A stretch of 34,850 nucleotides of DNA from a bacterium. GTDB lineage: Bacteria; Ratteibacteria; UBA8468; B48-G9; JAFGKM01. Position 1 is the stretch's first letter; every line of letters starts with the position of its first letter. The stretch spans positions 1 through 34,850 of the forward strand of contig JAKPNC010000085.1 of assembly GCA_029548585.1 (NCBI GenBank), read 5' to 3'. Shown in pieces: positions 34,577 through 34,850 of this stretch. A program made the translations under genes and the position numbers. Below the pieces are notes generated by a model that worked only from the letters and a program-made list of their open reading frames with translations, searched no databases and was not told the origin of the DNA.

Positions 34577-34850
34577 ATGCCCGGAAGAAAATTGTCTTTC
34601 TGTTGCCTCTTTTTCCTGTTGTTGACAAGCCTGACCCTTCTGGCAGGCAGTTTTGACCTTAAAGTCAACGACATATCCGGGTTTGACGCTCCGTGGCCCA
34701 TGGTTGCCAGCCTTGCCTTCCCCGAAAGAGAAATCAAAGACCCGTCGTCAATCCGCATAATAAGCGGGAACAAAGAGATTCCTTCCCAGGTTGATGTAGC
34801 CGCCACATGGAGGGACGGCAGTATCCGCTGGGCACTGGCAGGTTTTAACG
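34577..34850 (+). CDS. Secreted protein, 3'-truncated by window; N-terminal domain resembles that of PcRGLX-like (exo-rhamnogalacturonan lyase type) proteins
   Basis: Not in the ORF track because no stop is reached. RBS AAGGAGG, ATG 34577, MPGRKLSFCCLFFLLLTSLTLLA signal, then ...EIPSQVDVAATWRDGSIRW with the W-x-DGS-x-RW motif. Confidence 0.7.
   Translation, partial: MPGRKLSFCCLFFLLLTSLTLLAGSFDLKVNDISGFDAPWPMVASLAFPEREIKDPSSIRIISGNKEIPSQVDVAATWRDGSIRWALAGFN

Overview
Gene-dense bacterial window of mostly housekeeping and envelope genes. DUF1559/H-X9-DG prepilin-like genes, a membrane pyrophosphatase, malic enzyme and ADP-forming acetyl-CoA synthetase suggest an anaerobic PVC-superphylum organism (inference only). 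The + strand run at 1-9526 holds cysS (5'-truncated, frameshifted inside KMSKS), an orphan GspG-like pseudopilin, a TPM / nucleotidyltransferase-like / LemA trio, a Met-rich LolA-like protein, a Ycf46-type AAA+ ATPase / double zinc-ribbon membrane protein / DUF1257 / DUF2997 module of unknown function, and a D-aminoacylase. A hairpin-rich intergenic segment (probable IS200/IS605 end remnant) precedes rplY-pth-hppA-malic enzyme. The - strand run at 14907-21216 holds yqgF, folP, an atypical M19 dipeptidase, a class II aldolase, tyrS and two DUF1559 prepilin-like genes (one frameshifted). Next come an MBL hydrolase, acetate-CoA ligase, a metallophosphoesterase, an in-frame Maf-RlmD fusion, an M23 peptidase, ispF and a phosphotransferase. 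An AT-rich island of orphan secreted proteins with IS-end-like scars lies at about 30450-32310, followed by a GGQ peptidyl-tRNA hydrolase, rpe, hisD and a truncated secreted protein. No rRNA, tRNA, CRISPR array, intact transposase or reverse transcriptase was seen. The best leads are the AAA+/zinc-ribbon/DUF1257/DUF2997 module with its TPM-NTase-LemA neighbours and the Maf-RlmD fusion. All family assignments come from motif recognition by eye, not from database searches.
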